Below are positions 54,242-63,692 of a DNA stretch of 64,000 nt, piece after piece (position 1 is the first letter of the stretch; each line of letters opens with the position of its first letter). A model generated the notes under the pieces. It did not search any database and was not told the origin of the DNA. It saw nothing but the letters and a program-made list of their open reading frames with translations. The position numbers were made by a program, and so were the translations under genes. Origin of the DNA: Bacteroidota bacterium (GTDB lineage Bacteria > Bacteroidota > Ignavibacteria > UBA10030 > CAVZMI01). The stretch spans positions 82,044 through 146,043 of the forward strand of contig JBEKIL010000011.1 in NCBI GenBank assembly GCA_050011775.1, in the 5' to 3' direction.

Positions 54242-55125
54242 AGACACTCCGCGGCTATATTTTTATCATGATAGCAGTGCTGTTCTGGGGTGTATCTGCA
54301 ACGGTTGCTAAATATCTTTTCATGCATAATATCGACACACTCATTATTGTACAGACTCGTTCGTCACTGGCATTTCTGCTCCTCTTCGGGTACTTTAGTA
54401 TAACCAATCGTGCGATGTTGAAAATTCATATCCGTGATCTTGGTTCACTCATTACGCTCGGCGTCATCGGGATCGCGGCAACGAACTTCCTGTATTATTT
54501 TACGGTTAAAGAGACCACGGTCGCGACAGCAATTCTCATCCAGTATACCGCACCGGTGATGGTGACACTCTATGCGACCTTCTTTCACGAAGAACGATTT
54601 ACAAAGATAAAATTTTTTGCTCTTACTCTCTCGATGATCGGTTGTTTTCTAGCAGTGAGCGGCGGTGACATAACGACAATTCGCCTCCAGGGATTGGGAA
54701 TAGTAACGGGGATAGGTTCGGCTTTAACTTTTTCTTTCATGATCATCATGGGCAAACATATTTTACGGCGGTACGAGCATTGGACCATGCTCATCTATGC
54801 ATTCGGGTTTGCCATGCTGTTCTGGCTTTGTATCAATACACCGGTCAAAATTATATCACAGGGCTATACGCTTCATGATTGGGGAATTTTCCTTCTCTTT
54901 TCCATCGGCTCGATCCTGATTCCCTATTCGTTTTTCAGTGCCGGACTCCGTCTCGTACAGGCGAGTCGCGCAAGCATCGTAAGTACGCTCGAGCCGGTAG
55001 TGGCGATTGTTTCGGCGTATCTCTTCATAGGTGAAAAATTAAATTTTGTCCAAATCACGGGAGCAATAACTGTTCTAGCTGCAGTCAGTCTCATTGAGAT
55101 AAATCGTGAAGAATCGGAGGAATAG
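54238..55125 (+). CDS. EamA/DMT family transporter
   Basis: 10 TMs; FWG, A..IQY.AP, ASIVSTLEPV. Confidence 0.9.
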   Translation: MKTLRGYIFIMIAVLFWGVSATVAKYLFMHNIDTLIIVQTRSSLAFLLLFGYFSITNRAMLKIHIRDLGSLITLGVIGIAATNFLYYFTVKETTVATAILIQYTAPVMVTLYATFFHEERFTKIKFFALTLSMIGCFLAVSGGDITTIRLQGLGIVTGIGSALTFSFMIIMGKHILRRYEHWTMLIYAFGFAMLFWLCINTPVKIISQGYTLHDWGIFLLFSIGSILIPYSFFSAGLRLVQASRASIVSTLEPVVAIVSAYLFIGEKLNFVQITGAITVLAAVSLIEINREESEE

Positions 55126-55709
55126 TGACACGCACCGATCAGCGCTTAAAAAAAATACACTCGGTGCTGAGACACCGGCAGCCCGACCTGACCATTGTCA
55201 TGGAAAATATCCACGATCCGCACAATGTGAGTGCAATGCTTCGATCTGCAGATGCCGTCGGCGTGATGGAAGTGCAGCTGGTCTACACGAAGGAGGAATT
55301 TCCCAAAATAGGCGAAAAAAGTTCGGCAAGTGCACGAAAATGGGTATTGAGACGGAAATTTACCTCAATAGACGAATGCTATACAAAACTTCACAGCGAA
55401 GGTTTTCGTATCTATGCTACCCATCTTGGCGAAGAGGCCGTGTCGCTTTATTCGCTTGGCCTCACGCGTCCGGCAGCGCTTGTATTCGGCAACGAGCACC
55501 GCGGTGTATCGGATGAAGCGGCGGAGAAAGCCGACGGGAATTTTCTGATTCCGATGATGGGAATGATTCAAAGCCTCAACGTCTCGGTTGCCTGCGCAGT
55601 ATCGCTATATGAAGCCTTCCGTCAGCGGATGGAAGCGGGACAATACAAGTCCAGAAAATTTTCAAAAAATGTTTTTGATGCTTTGTTCGAAGAGTGGTTG
55701 AAGAAATGA
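55125..55709 (+). CDS. trmH: tRNA (guanosine-2'-O)-methyltransferase TrmH (SpoU family)
   Basis: RQPDLT..MEN.HDPHN.SA..RS.DAVG, FGNEH.G.S, IPM.GM.QSLNVSVA. Confidence 0.88.
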   Translation: MTRTDQRLKKIHSVLRHRQPDLTIVMENIHDPHNVSAMLRSADAVGVMEVQLVYTKEEFPKIGEKSSASARKWVLRRKFTSIDECYTKLHSEGFRIYATHLGEEAVSLYSLGLTRPAALVFGNEHRGVSDEAAEKADGNFLIPMMGMIQSLNVSVACAVSLYEAFRQRMEAGQYKSRKFSKNVFDALFEEWLKK

Positions 55710-55713
55710 GCTA

Positions 55714-55860
55714 CCTCGTTCGCTCCGGGAGAGTTGTTCTCCCGAGGAAGACTAGTAAGGTGGAGTTTTACTCTATATCTTTTTAGAAAGTCAGTCTAGG
55801 TGATTGAAAAAAGAGGGGAACCACCCGCTCCGCCGAGCGGAGCGAGGCGAGAGCTCCCCT
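55714..55860. repeat. second cluster of REP-like palindromes
   Basis: CGGGAGA-GTTGT-TCTCCCG hairpin; ACCCGCTCCGCCGAGCGGAGCGAGGCGAGAGC (55823-55854) shares TCTCGCCTCGCT with the 53457 element in inverted orientation. Confidence 0.55.
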
Positions 55861-55932
55861 GTCTTAAGGAAGTTCTGCTAGATTGTAAAAGATGCATGGC
55901 AAAAATCAAGAGAAAATATTGTAAGGCCTGCT

Positions 55933-56568
55933 ATGAAAAAGTTTTTATTAAAATTCATCACTGTAGTTTTTATTGTTCCGCCATTCCTGTCGGCCCAGGA
56001 AATTTCAAAACCATTTGATTGGCGATTTATTCCCCAGGAAAATATCGGTCCGATTTCTCCAGGGACGACTGCTTCAGAATTAAAAATGATTTTCGGAGAG
56101 CAAAATGTCGTCAGCGACAGAATATATATTGGAGAAGGATTTACCGAACCCGGCAGTGTTATTTTTCCTAATGATGAACAAAAAACTCTTCGCATTTTAT
56201 GGAAAGATTCGATAAATCAAAAATATCCCCAAGAAGTAAGAATTAGTGGGTCAAAAACCTTATGGCGGACATATAAAGATATTACACTTGGTACTTCGCT
56301 TAAAGAACTGGAATTACTTAATGGAAAACCGTTTGTGCTTGCAGGATTTGCCTGGGATTACGAAGGAGCTGTTATTTCGTGGAAAAAAGGTAAACTTGCT
56401 GATCGACTGTCTGAGATTCGTCTATATCTTATACCTGATATAGATGTAAGAACAATCTATGAAAAAGAATATGATTCGGTTATGGGAGATCGTGATTTTC
56501 AATCAAGTAATAAAGCAATGCAGAAACTAAATCCAAAAGTTTGCCTAATTATATTTTCATTTCGATGA
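55933..56568 (+). CDS. hypothetical exported protein (AT-rich gene)
   Basis: Signal peptide MKKFLLK...LSA-Q; G.SL.ELE.LNGKPF.L.GF.WDY.G. Confidence 0.7.
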   Translation: MKKFLLKFITVVFIVPPFLSAQEISKPFDWRFIPQENIGPISPGTTASELKMIFGEQNVVSDRIYIGEGFTEPGSVIFPNDEQKTLRILWKDSINQKYPQEVRISGSKTLWRTYKDITLGTSLKELELLNGKPFVLAGFAWDYEGAVISWKKGKLADRLSEIRLYLIPDIDVRTIYEKEYDSVMGDRDFQSSNKAMQKLNPKVCLIIFSFR

Positions 56569-56634
56569 TTTGTCATTCAATAAACTCAGGATAAGTCCCA
56601 AATCCGAAATTTCAACTAATCTTTTTAATAAAGC

Positions 56635-57036
56635 TTATTGAAACATCCATGCCACCAGGATCCCTGAGAATCCCGATTCTGCGATGGTGATGAAGGGGGA
56701 GATAATTTCAAGTTCCCATCTAAGCGGTGAATGGGCACGCTGGTGAAGAAGCCGGGGTATGGAGATAATACAGCCGATAAGAAGCCCGAATTGGAGTCCG
56801 ACCGTGGGCCCCGTACCGATAAAATTCAGCGTGTAAAGCTGAACAAAAACGACTGAAAAAATTAATGCCGCCAGCAGATTCCATGACATTTTATCGGAAC
56901 CAATCTCTTCGACGGGAGGATATTTGCCAAACTTCTTCCAAACCCTAGAAAAAATCAAATGATGGCCGATATATTCGGTGACAACCACGGTGAGCCATAC
57001 TATAACGATTGATATAATATATGTTTTGATTTCCAT
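56635..57036 (-). CDS. small four-helix membrane protein
   Basis: Four hydrophobic segments in 133 aa; GLQFGLLIG. Confidence 0.65.
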   Translation of the reverse strand: MEIKTYIISIVIVWLTVVVTEYIGHHLIFSRVWKKFGKYPPVEEIGSDKMSWNLLAALIFSVVFVQLYTLNFIGTGPTVGLQFGLLIGCIISIPRLLHQRAHSPLRWELEIISPFITIAESGFSGILVAWMFQ

Positions 57037-57111
57037 AAAATGATTCCGTAAATTCTATTATACAGTAATTTCGCTACATTATCCACCCCTTACAAAAAGA
57101 AAGGATACACC

Positions 57112-57588
57112 ATGGAACCTCAAGTTGTAACGTATGCGGGATTCTGGAAACGTGTTGCAGCATATCTCATCGATGGTCTGATTCTGGGATTGGTTAATTT
57201 TCTTGTGCTCGTCCCATTCCTGGCTGTGATCGGTGTGGGTGCAGGAGTCGGAAGTTCGATGGATAACCCGGAGGCCGCCGCAGGATTAATCGGTCTCATT
57301 TTCGGGGGATTATTTTTTGCACTCTTCGTGTTGATGATCCTGGCATGGCTCTATTTTGCGTTGATGGAATCGTCGTCCCGCCAGGCGACACTGGGGAAAA
57401 TGGCGCTGGGGATTATAGTAACGGATCTGAATGCAGGGAAAATAAGCTTTGGAAAAGCGACCGGCCGATATTTCGGGAAAATAATATCAGGAATGATATT
57501 ATATATCGGATTTATCATGGCGGCATTCACCGAGAAGAAACAGGCGCTGCATGATATGATGGCGGGGACACTGGTAGTGAATAAATAG
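57112..57588 (+). CDS. RDD family membrane protein
   Basis: YAGFWKR.AAYLID, Y...MESS..QATLGK, KQALHD..AGT.V. Confidence 0.92.
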   Translation: MEPQVVTYAGFWKRVAAYLIDGLILGLVNFLVLVPFLAVIGVGAGVGSSMDNPEAAAGLIGLIFGGLFFALFVLMILAWLYFALMESSSRQATLGKMALGIIVTDLNAGKISFGKATGRYFGKIISGMILYIGFIMAAFTEKKQALHDMMAGTLVVNK

Positions 57589-57624
57589 GAAGATGGTGCA
57601 TAATTTCCTATAGGACCTTATTAT

Positions 57625-57674
57625 AAAACCGGCTGGTTGAATCGTTCAGAGTTCGCAAATCAGTCGGTTTTTTC
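57625..57674 (+). terminator. terminator-like hairpin after RDD gene
   Basis: AAAACCGGCTGGTT...AATCAGTCGGTTTT followed by T-run. Confidence 0.55.
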
Positions 57675-57809
57675 TGAAAGATACAGTCTAAAACAATCTC
57701 TACTCCGTGTCCTCTGTGACTCAGTGTTTATATTTTTATCAATGTGAAAAAGAAAAACAGTGAGAATTCAAAGAATCCGCAGAGAACGCAGTGATTAAAA
57801 AACCAATCA

Positions 57810-58517
57810 TTAAAATTTTCTTGCCACTAGCTTCTTCTTCAATTTCGAAATGTGCCATGTAATATCGATTTCTTTCGGACAGGCTTCAACGCAATTGAAT
57901 ATTGTATGACACCGCCATATTCCATCCTGTGTATCGATAATATTGAGACGCTCGTCCGCAGCTTCATCACGTGTGTCAAACACAAATCGAAATACTTTCA
58001 AGAATGAAGCTGGCCCCAGATAATTCTCGTTGGTCCAGAGCGATGGGCATGACGTTGTACAACAGGCGCACAGAATACATTTTGCCGATTCGAAAAGCAG
58101 TTCCGCATCTTTATTACTCTGGAGCCGTTCGCGTTCAGGCGGCGGATTCTTATTTATCAGGAATGGCTTGATTACTTCATACTTATCATAAAAACTTTGC
58201 AAGTTCACCACAAGGTCTTTGATGACGGGCAGTGCGGGGAGCGGTTCGATCGTTACGGTCTTCTTATATTCTATATCCTGTAGAAGCAGTGCGCATGCGA
58301 GTCGGTTTTTCCCGTTGATCCGTACCCCATCCGAACCGCAGATGCCGTGTGCGCATGAGCGGCGATAGGTTAGCGTGCCGTCCTGTTTCCATTTGATCTC
58401 GTTTAGCACATCCAGTATGCTCCAGTTCGTATCTACACTCGGAACTTCATATTCGCGATAATATGGAGCTTGATCTTTTTGGGGATCAAATCGTTGTATT
58501 TTGAACACCACTTCCAT
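57810..58517 (-). CDS. sdhB: succinate dehydrogenase iron-sulfur subunit
   Basis: RSCAHGICGSD, CILCACCTTSCP, CHTIFNCVEACP. Confidence 0.96.
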   Translation of the reverse strand: MEVVFKIQRFDPQKDQAPYYREYEVPSVDTNWSILDVLNEIKWKQDGTLTYRRSCAHGICGSDGVRINGKNRLACALLLQDIEYKKTVTIEPLPALPVIKDLVVNLQSFYDKYEVIKPFLINKNPPPERERLQSNKDAELLFESAKCILCACCTTSCPSLWTNENYLGPASFLKVFRFVFDTRDEAADERLNIIDTQDGIWRCHTIFNCVEACPKEIDITWHISKLKKKLVARKF

Positions 58518-58537
58518 AAAGTCTCCTTAAGGTTCCC

Positions 58538-60274
58538 TTAGTACTTTCTCTCCTGCGGTTGGAATCGTGTAATCGTCACCGGTTTATAGGTGATCCTTGT
58601 CTTTCCATCTTTTAGTGTGAGGAAAGTGTGCTTTAACCATTTTTTGTCGTCGCGTTTTGGAAAATCTTCACACGCATGAGCGCCACGACTTTCCTCGCGG
58701 TTCAGAGCGGAAACGGCAATCGCTTCCGAAGTCCCGATGAGATGTTTCAGTTCAATTGCTTCCACCAAATCGGTATTAAATGTCTTTCCCTTATCTTCAA
58801 TGGTGGTATGTTTGTACCGGCTCTTGATTTCTTCAATCTTCTTCAGGGCCTTTTTAATGCCGGCCTTCGTCCTAAAGATGCCGACATTCTCCATCATTGT
58901 TTCCTGGAGCTCGGTGCGTAGTGTTACAACCGATTCCTTGCCTACGTTACAGAGAATTGTAGATATGTGGTCACGGCTTTTTTCTTCCACGTTTTTTGGA
59001 AGCGGGACGAATTCTGCTGTCTTCAAATACTCGGTAATCGCTTTTCCTCCCCTCCGGCCAAAAACAACAATGTCTAGAAGCGAATTGGTACCCAGACGAT
59101 TCGCACCATGAACCGAGACACAGGCACATTCGCCGGCAGAGTACAATCCAGGCATGATGTTTCCTTTGGCATCGATCAAGACATGGCCGTCGATATCGGT
59201 CGGAATCCCTCCCATCGCATAATGTGTCGTCGGCTGAACCGGGATCGGTTCCCTCGTCGGTTCGATGCCAAGATAGGTGCGGGCGAATCCTGTAATCTCC
59301 GGAAGTTTTTCATCGATGATTTTTTTCCCGAGATGGGAGACGTCGAGATTGATATAGTACGTTCCATCAGTACCTTGAAAGCCACGACCTTCGCGGATTT
59401 CGGTCATGATGGCACGCGAGATCATGTCGCGTGGTGCAAGGTCTTTCACCGTCGGAGCGTATCGTTCCATGAATCTTTCACCCCTGTTGTTCAGGAGAAT
59501 CCCACCTTCACCACGGGCTGCCTCGGAAACAAGAATACCAAGTTTCCAGAGACCCGTCGGATGGAATTGGACGAACTCCATGTCTTCCAGCGGGATACCC
59601 CGTTCGTACATAATGTCAAATCCGTCTCCCGTGCTGATCATTGCATTCGAGGTGATGCGATATGCGCGGCCGTACCCGCCTGTAGCAAACATCACCGCCC
59701 GTGCATGGAACGTATGTATCTCACCCGTTGCGATGTCGTATACAACAACGCCGCAGCAAATTCCTTTTTTATCGATAATAATATCTGTGACCAAATATTC
59801 GGGGAAAAAATTTACTCTGTTGCGTATGCAATTCTCGAACAGCGTTTGTAGCATGACGTGACCGGTCCGATCTGCAGAATAACACGCGCGTTTAACCGGT
59901 GCTTTGCCGAAATCCCGTGTGTGACCGCCGAACCGGCGTTGTGCTATTTTTCCATCGTGGGTGCGCGAGAAGGGGAGCCCCATGTGCTCGAGTTCGATGA
60001 TTGCACGAATGGCATCCTGACACATAATCTCGATTGCATCCTGGTCGCCAAGGTAGTCACCGCCCTTGACTGTATCGAACATATGCCATTCCCACGAATC
60101 TTCTTCTTCATTGGCCAATGCAGCACACACGCCACCCTGTGCCGTTCCGGTATGCGAGCGCGATGGAAAAACTTTTGTAATCACCGCGCAGGTTGCACCG
60201 GGGGGTGTTTCAATCGCAGCACGTAATCCGGCCCCTCCTGCTCCAACGATGACAATATCATATTTGTGAACCAT
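58538..60274 (-). CDS. sdhA: succinate dehydrogenase flavoprotein subunit
   Basis: GAGGAG, RSHT..AQGG, QFHPTG, EAARGEGG, HYAMGG, HGANRLGTNSL, ESRGAH. Confidence 0.97.
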   Translation of the reverse strand: MVHKYDIVIVGAGGAGLRAAIETPPGATCAVITKVFPSRSHTGTAQGGVCAALANEEEDSWEWHMFDTVKGGDYLGDQDAIEIMCQDAIRAIIELEHMGLPFSRTHDGKIAQRRFGGHTRDFGKAPVKRACYSADRTGHVMLQTLFENCIRNRVNFFPEYLVTDIIIDKKGICCGVVVYDIATGEIHTFHARAVMFATGGYGRAYRITSNAMISTGDGFDIMYERGIPLEDMEFVQFHPTGLWKLGILVSEAARGEGGILLNNRGERFMERYAPTVKDLAPRDMISRAIMTEIREGRGFQGTDGTYYINLDVSHLGKKIIDEKLPEITGFARTYLGIEPTREPIPVQPTTHYAMGGIPTDIDGHVLIDAKGNIMPGLYSAGECACVSVHGANRLGTNSLLDIVVFGRRGGKAITEYLKTAEFVPLPKNVEEKSRDHISTILCNVGKESVVTLRTELQETMMENVGIFRTKAGIKKALKKIEEIKSRYKHTTIEDKGKTFNTDLVEAIELKHLIGTSEAIAVSALNREESRGAHACEDFPKRDDKKWLKHTFLTLKDGKTRITYKPVTITRFQPQERKY

Positions 60275-60301
60275 TGATCGATTCCTTCTAGCGATTTCTG
60301 A

Positions 60302-60655
60302 TTAGAATTTCAGGATTGTGATAAATCCCAGTACGCCAAACCCGACGCCGATTATTAAAAGCAGGATCATTGCCACGATGCGTCCTGTATTGCTCATTGT
60401 GAAGTCGTGAATAATATTCCAGACTCCCTGAAGACCGTGATATAATCCAAATACAACAAAAGTAAGATCAAAAACTTTCCAGAATGGATTTTGCATGCGG
60501 TTAAGCACTGCTTCATAGGTATGTCCGGAATCGGGAGTATAATGCATTAGAAAGTAATGTCCGACCATTACCACTACGAGGACAAGGCCGGTAATCCGCT
60601 GCCAGAGCCATGATGAAGCTCCTGAAGTCCGTGATCCAAAATTTTTATAGGTCAT
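60302..60655 (-). CDS. sdhD: succinate dehydrogenase membrane anchor subunit
   Basis: W..QRITG, GH, YHG.QG; three TMs; operon position. Confidence 0.88.
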   Translation of the reverse strand: MTYKNFGSRTSGASSWLWQRITGLVLVVVMVGHYFLMHYTPDSGHTYEAVLNRMQNPFWKVFDLTFVVFGLYHGLQGVWNIIHDFTMSNTGRIVAMILLLIIGVGFGVLGFITILKF

Positions 60656-60683
60656 GCAAGAACTTCCTTTGTGTTTTTGTGGT

Positions 60684-61097
60684 TTATTGGCGGTCTATAT
60701 GAGGACCAAAAATAAGAATCGCCATAATAACCAGCAAAATGATACCAACGGTCCATGCGATATAGTACAATGCCTTGTGGTATTTCGACCTGCTGCCAAG
60801 ATCAATGAGGACGATTCGAATACCATTTAGGGCATGATATAGTATGAAAGCTCCAAGAGCCCACTCCAGGAATAGGAAGAACGGGCTGGTGAAGAGCCTC
60901 ATTTCTATGTCGAATGTCTCTTTTCCTTTTTGGAGACTGCTAAGCGTATAAATGTGTACTACGATGTATGTAATCAGTCCTATGCCGGTAAGTCGATGGA
61001 TAATCCACGCCCAGCTTCCCGAGAATTTATGATACCCGAGAAGAGTGTGATACCAGGGGTAGCGAGAACCTGTATCATGAGTGTCTGGTTGTAGCAT
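60684..61097 (-). CDS. sdhC: succinate dehydrogenase cytochrome b subunit
   Basis: W..HRLTG, H, YHALNGIR; three TMs. Confidence 0.9.
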   Translation of the reverse strand: MLQPDTHDTGSRYPWYHTLLGYHKFSGSWAWIIHRLTGIGLITYIVVHIYTLSSLQKGKETFDIEMRLFTSPFFLFLEWALGAFILYHALNGIRIVLIDLGSRSKYHKALYYIAWTVGIILLVIMAILIFGPHIDRQ

Positions 61098-61256
61098 TGC
61101 TATGAGCTCCTTCTATTTGTGGATTATACATAATGTATCTTGGGGTGTAAACGACGTGATAGGAAAAACCCCGTGCTGTATTTCATGCCATCTGGTAATG
61201 AGGGGAACGAATATCTTTAAGGTTTCGAATGTTATAAAATTTTTCAATGTTTAAAA

Positions 61257-61285
61257 AATGTATGAAAGAGTGAATTGAAAAGCAA
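61257..61285 (-). promoter_or_regulatory. sigma70-type promoter of sdhCDAB (TTGCTT-17-TACATT)
   Basis: Matches the window-wide promoter pattern; implies a ~150-nt leader. Confidence 0.5.
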
Positions 61286-61403
61286 GGGAAAATATGAGGA
61301 AAGGGACAGGCGCAATACTCAAATGCTTAGAAAGGATTTCTGCTATTTCTTTTTGGGGGAACTTGAATGCACGTATATCTATAGAGAATAGCTGCCGGCG
61401 GTT

Positions 61404-61988
61404 TCAATCCGAAAACTGCGGAATCGGTGCATAGCCGTGTCTGCGTGCATACCCGAGGAGTTTGTTATGAAGAATTTTTCGTGCACGATGAATTCGCGAC
61501 CGAACCGTTCCAATGGGACAGGAAATAAATTCCGCAATCTCATCATATTTCATCCCTTCTATATCGCAAAGAATGACAACGGTTCTATAGTCGTCAGGGA
61601 GCGATGCAATAGCCTTGGTAATATCATCATTCATCATGTGGCTTTCAAGCTGATAGTCAAGATCGTGCACCATCGCCTCATCTGCATCCTGAAAGATCGG
61701 ATAGAAGTCGGTGATTGCTTCAAGATGCATTGAATCCGGTTGAATCTGGCTGCGTCTGAAACGGTTAATAAAAGAATTCCTTAGAATCTGAAAGAGCCAT
61801 GCCTTGCAGTTTGTCCCACGCTCGAATGTCGAGAAAAATCGGAATGCCTTCAGATATGTTTCTTGAACTAGATCTTGTGCCGTGTCGACGTTGCTGCTCA
61901 TATACAAAGCAAATCGATACATGTCATCCAGATGAGGCAGTGCTTCACGATCGAAATCGAGTCGCTTTTGTTCGTCTGCAGATACCAT
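61404..61988 (-). CDS. ECF sigma factor (SigH/SigR-like)
   Basis: A.DLVQETYLKAFR...F..GTN.KAWL..I..N.FIN; LP..YR, Y.EIA....PIGTVRSR.HRAR. Confidence 0.92.
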   Translation of the reverse strand: MVSADEQKRLDFDREALPHLDDMYRFALYMSSNVDTAQDLVQETYLKAFRFFSTFERGTNCKAWLFQILRNSFINRFRRSQIQPDSMHLEAITDFYPIFQDADEAMVHDLDYQLESHMMNDDITKAIASLPDDYRTVVILCDIEGMKYDEIAEFISCPIGTVRSRIHRARKILHNKLLGYARRHGYAPIPQFSD

Positions 61989-62046
61989 GGTTTTGCCCCC
62001 TCAATTATGAAATTAGGGAATGGATCAATCGAACATCATATTTACC

Positions 62047-62184
62047 ACAAGCTATATGCCATTCTGGAAAAAAGGGGGGAAAGCCGGTTTTTTCTCTATT
62101 TTGAGAAAAAAATAGAGATGGTTGTGGAATGAAGTCAACAGAGATAGAAAATTCTTTCCAGTAAAATGTGGAAAAGAGTCAACA
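62047..62184 (-). promoter_or_regulatory. sigma54-type -24/-12 promoter with two upstream activator repeats
   Basis: TGGCAT-ATAGC-TTGT on minus strand (62061-62047); TGTGGA-N6-TCAACA at 62123-62140 and 62167-62184. Confidence 0.6.
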
Positions 62185-62246
62185 CTTGAATCACTTGAAT
62201 TTTTATGAAAGGGGTGATTGGTTGTTGGAAAACGGGTGTGAAAAAT

Positions 62247-63692
62247 TTATGAGCGGAATTTATCTACATCGATATTATTATCCGCCATTTTTTTGTAGAT
62301 AGTTTTACGATCGAGACCCATGAGGTGAGCAACCTTGTTTATGTTCCCTTTCCAGAGAGACAGCATTTGGACGAGGTATTTTGCCTCAGCGTTCATAATG
62401 ATTGAACGGAGATATTCTTTGTATGGTGTTCGAATCGTTAGCATCTCTGCAGGTTCTCTTGATGATTGATCACCCGAAATACCTGCTGGCGGAGCGAGTG
62501 TAGGAATATCGAAGGATGTGATTGTTACCCCTTCGCATTGGATAATTGCCCGCTTTATGATATTTTCCAATTCACGGACATTCCCCCGCCACGAGTTAGA
62601 AACCAATTGTGCCATCGCCGACGGAGCGATTGAATAAATAGGACGCGAAGAGAGTTGAGCATACTTTTTTAGGAAATGATCTGCAAGAAGCGGAACGTCA
62701 TCGATTCTTTCCCGGAGGGGCGGTAGAAAAATAGGAAAGACATTCAACCGGTAGTATAGGTCTTCACGAAATGAGTTTTCGGCAACCAGCATGTCGATAG
62801 GTCGGTTTGTTGCCGCAATAATTCGAACATCTACTGAAATGGTGTCGTTACTTCCTACACGCTGAATAGTTTTTTCTTGAAGAGTGCGGAGTAATTTTAT
62901 CTGGAGGTTTATTGGGATATCGCTGATCTCGTCCAGAAACACCGTTCCGCCATGGGCTTCTTCAAATTTTCCGATTCGTTGTTTCAGCGCTCCAGTGAAC
63001 GATCCCTTCTCATGCCCGAATAACTCGCTTTCCATCAGTGTCTCAGGGACGGCGGAACAATCGACTATGTTTAATGGCTTGTCTTTCCGTGCACTATGAT
63101 AGTGGATAGCTTTTGCAACGAGTTCCTTTCCCGTACCCGTCTCACCCTGGATTAACACCGTTGCGTCTGTATCGGCAACCCGGCGAATTTGCTTAAAAAC
63201 ATCCTTCATTTTTTCACTGCGGCTGATAATGTTATCAAGACTGTAAATCGATTCGACTTCGCTGCGGAGCTGTACAAGCTGTTGTGTCTTCCAGCGGTCT
63301 TCGACGGCACGGCGGATTTTTATCATAAGCTCGTCGTTGTTCGAGGGTTTTGTCAGGTAGTCATAGGCTCCAAGTCGCATTGCTTCAACAGCAGTATTAA
63401 TTGATGCGAATCCTGTTACCATAAAGACAATCGTATCGGGATAATTCGCCTTGATATATTGAAGGAGATGTATACCGCTTATATCATCCATAACAAGATC
63501 GGTGAGAACCAGATCAAAATGCCGAGCGCCGAGGTGATCCTGAGCTTCCCTGCCGCTTGCCGCTAGAGCGACGGTGTAACCTGCATCGGTAAGAATGGTG
63601 CTGAGAACGGAACGGAATGCCCGATCATCATCTACGATAAGAATTGTAGTCGGGACCGGGGGTGAAAACGTCAGATGATGTGCGGTTGTCAT
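62247..63692 (-). CDS. sigma54-dependent response regulator (NtrC/AtoC family)
   Basis: [49 protein letters not shown], Fis HTH. Confidence 0.93.
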   Translation of the reverse strand: MTTAHHLTFSPPVPTTILIVDDDRAFRSVLSTILTDAGYTVALAASGREAQDHLGARHFDLVLTDLVMDDISGIHLLQYIKANYPDTIVFMVTGFASINTAVEAMRLGAYDYLTKPSNNDELMIKIRRAVEDRWKTQQLVQLRSEVESIYSLDNIISRSEKMKDVFKQIRRVADTDATVLIQGETGTGKELVAKAIHYHSARKDKPLNIVDCSAVPETLMESELFGHEKGSFTGALKQRIGKFEEAHGGTVFLDEISDIPINLQIKLLRTLQEKTIQRVGSNDTISVDVRIIAATNRPIDMLVAENSFREDLYYRLNVFPIFLPPLRERIDDVPLLADHFLKKYAQLSSRPIYSIAPSAMAQLVSNSWRGNVRELENIIKRAIIQCEGVTITSFDIPTLAPPAGISGDQSSREPAEMLTIRTPYKEYLRSIIMNAEAKYLVQMLSLWKGNINKVAHLMGLDRKTIYKKMADNNIDVDKFRS

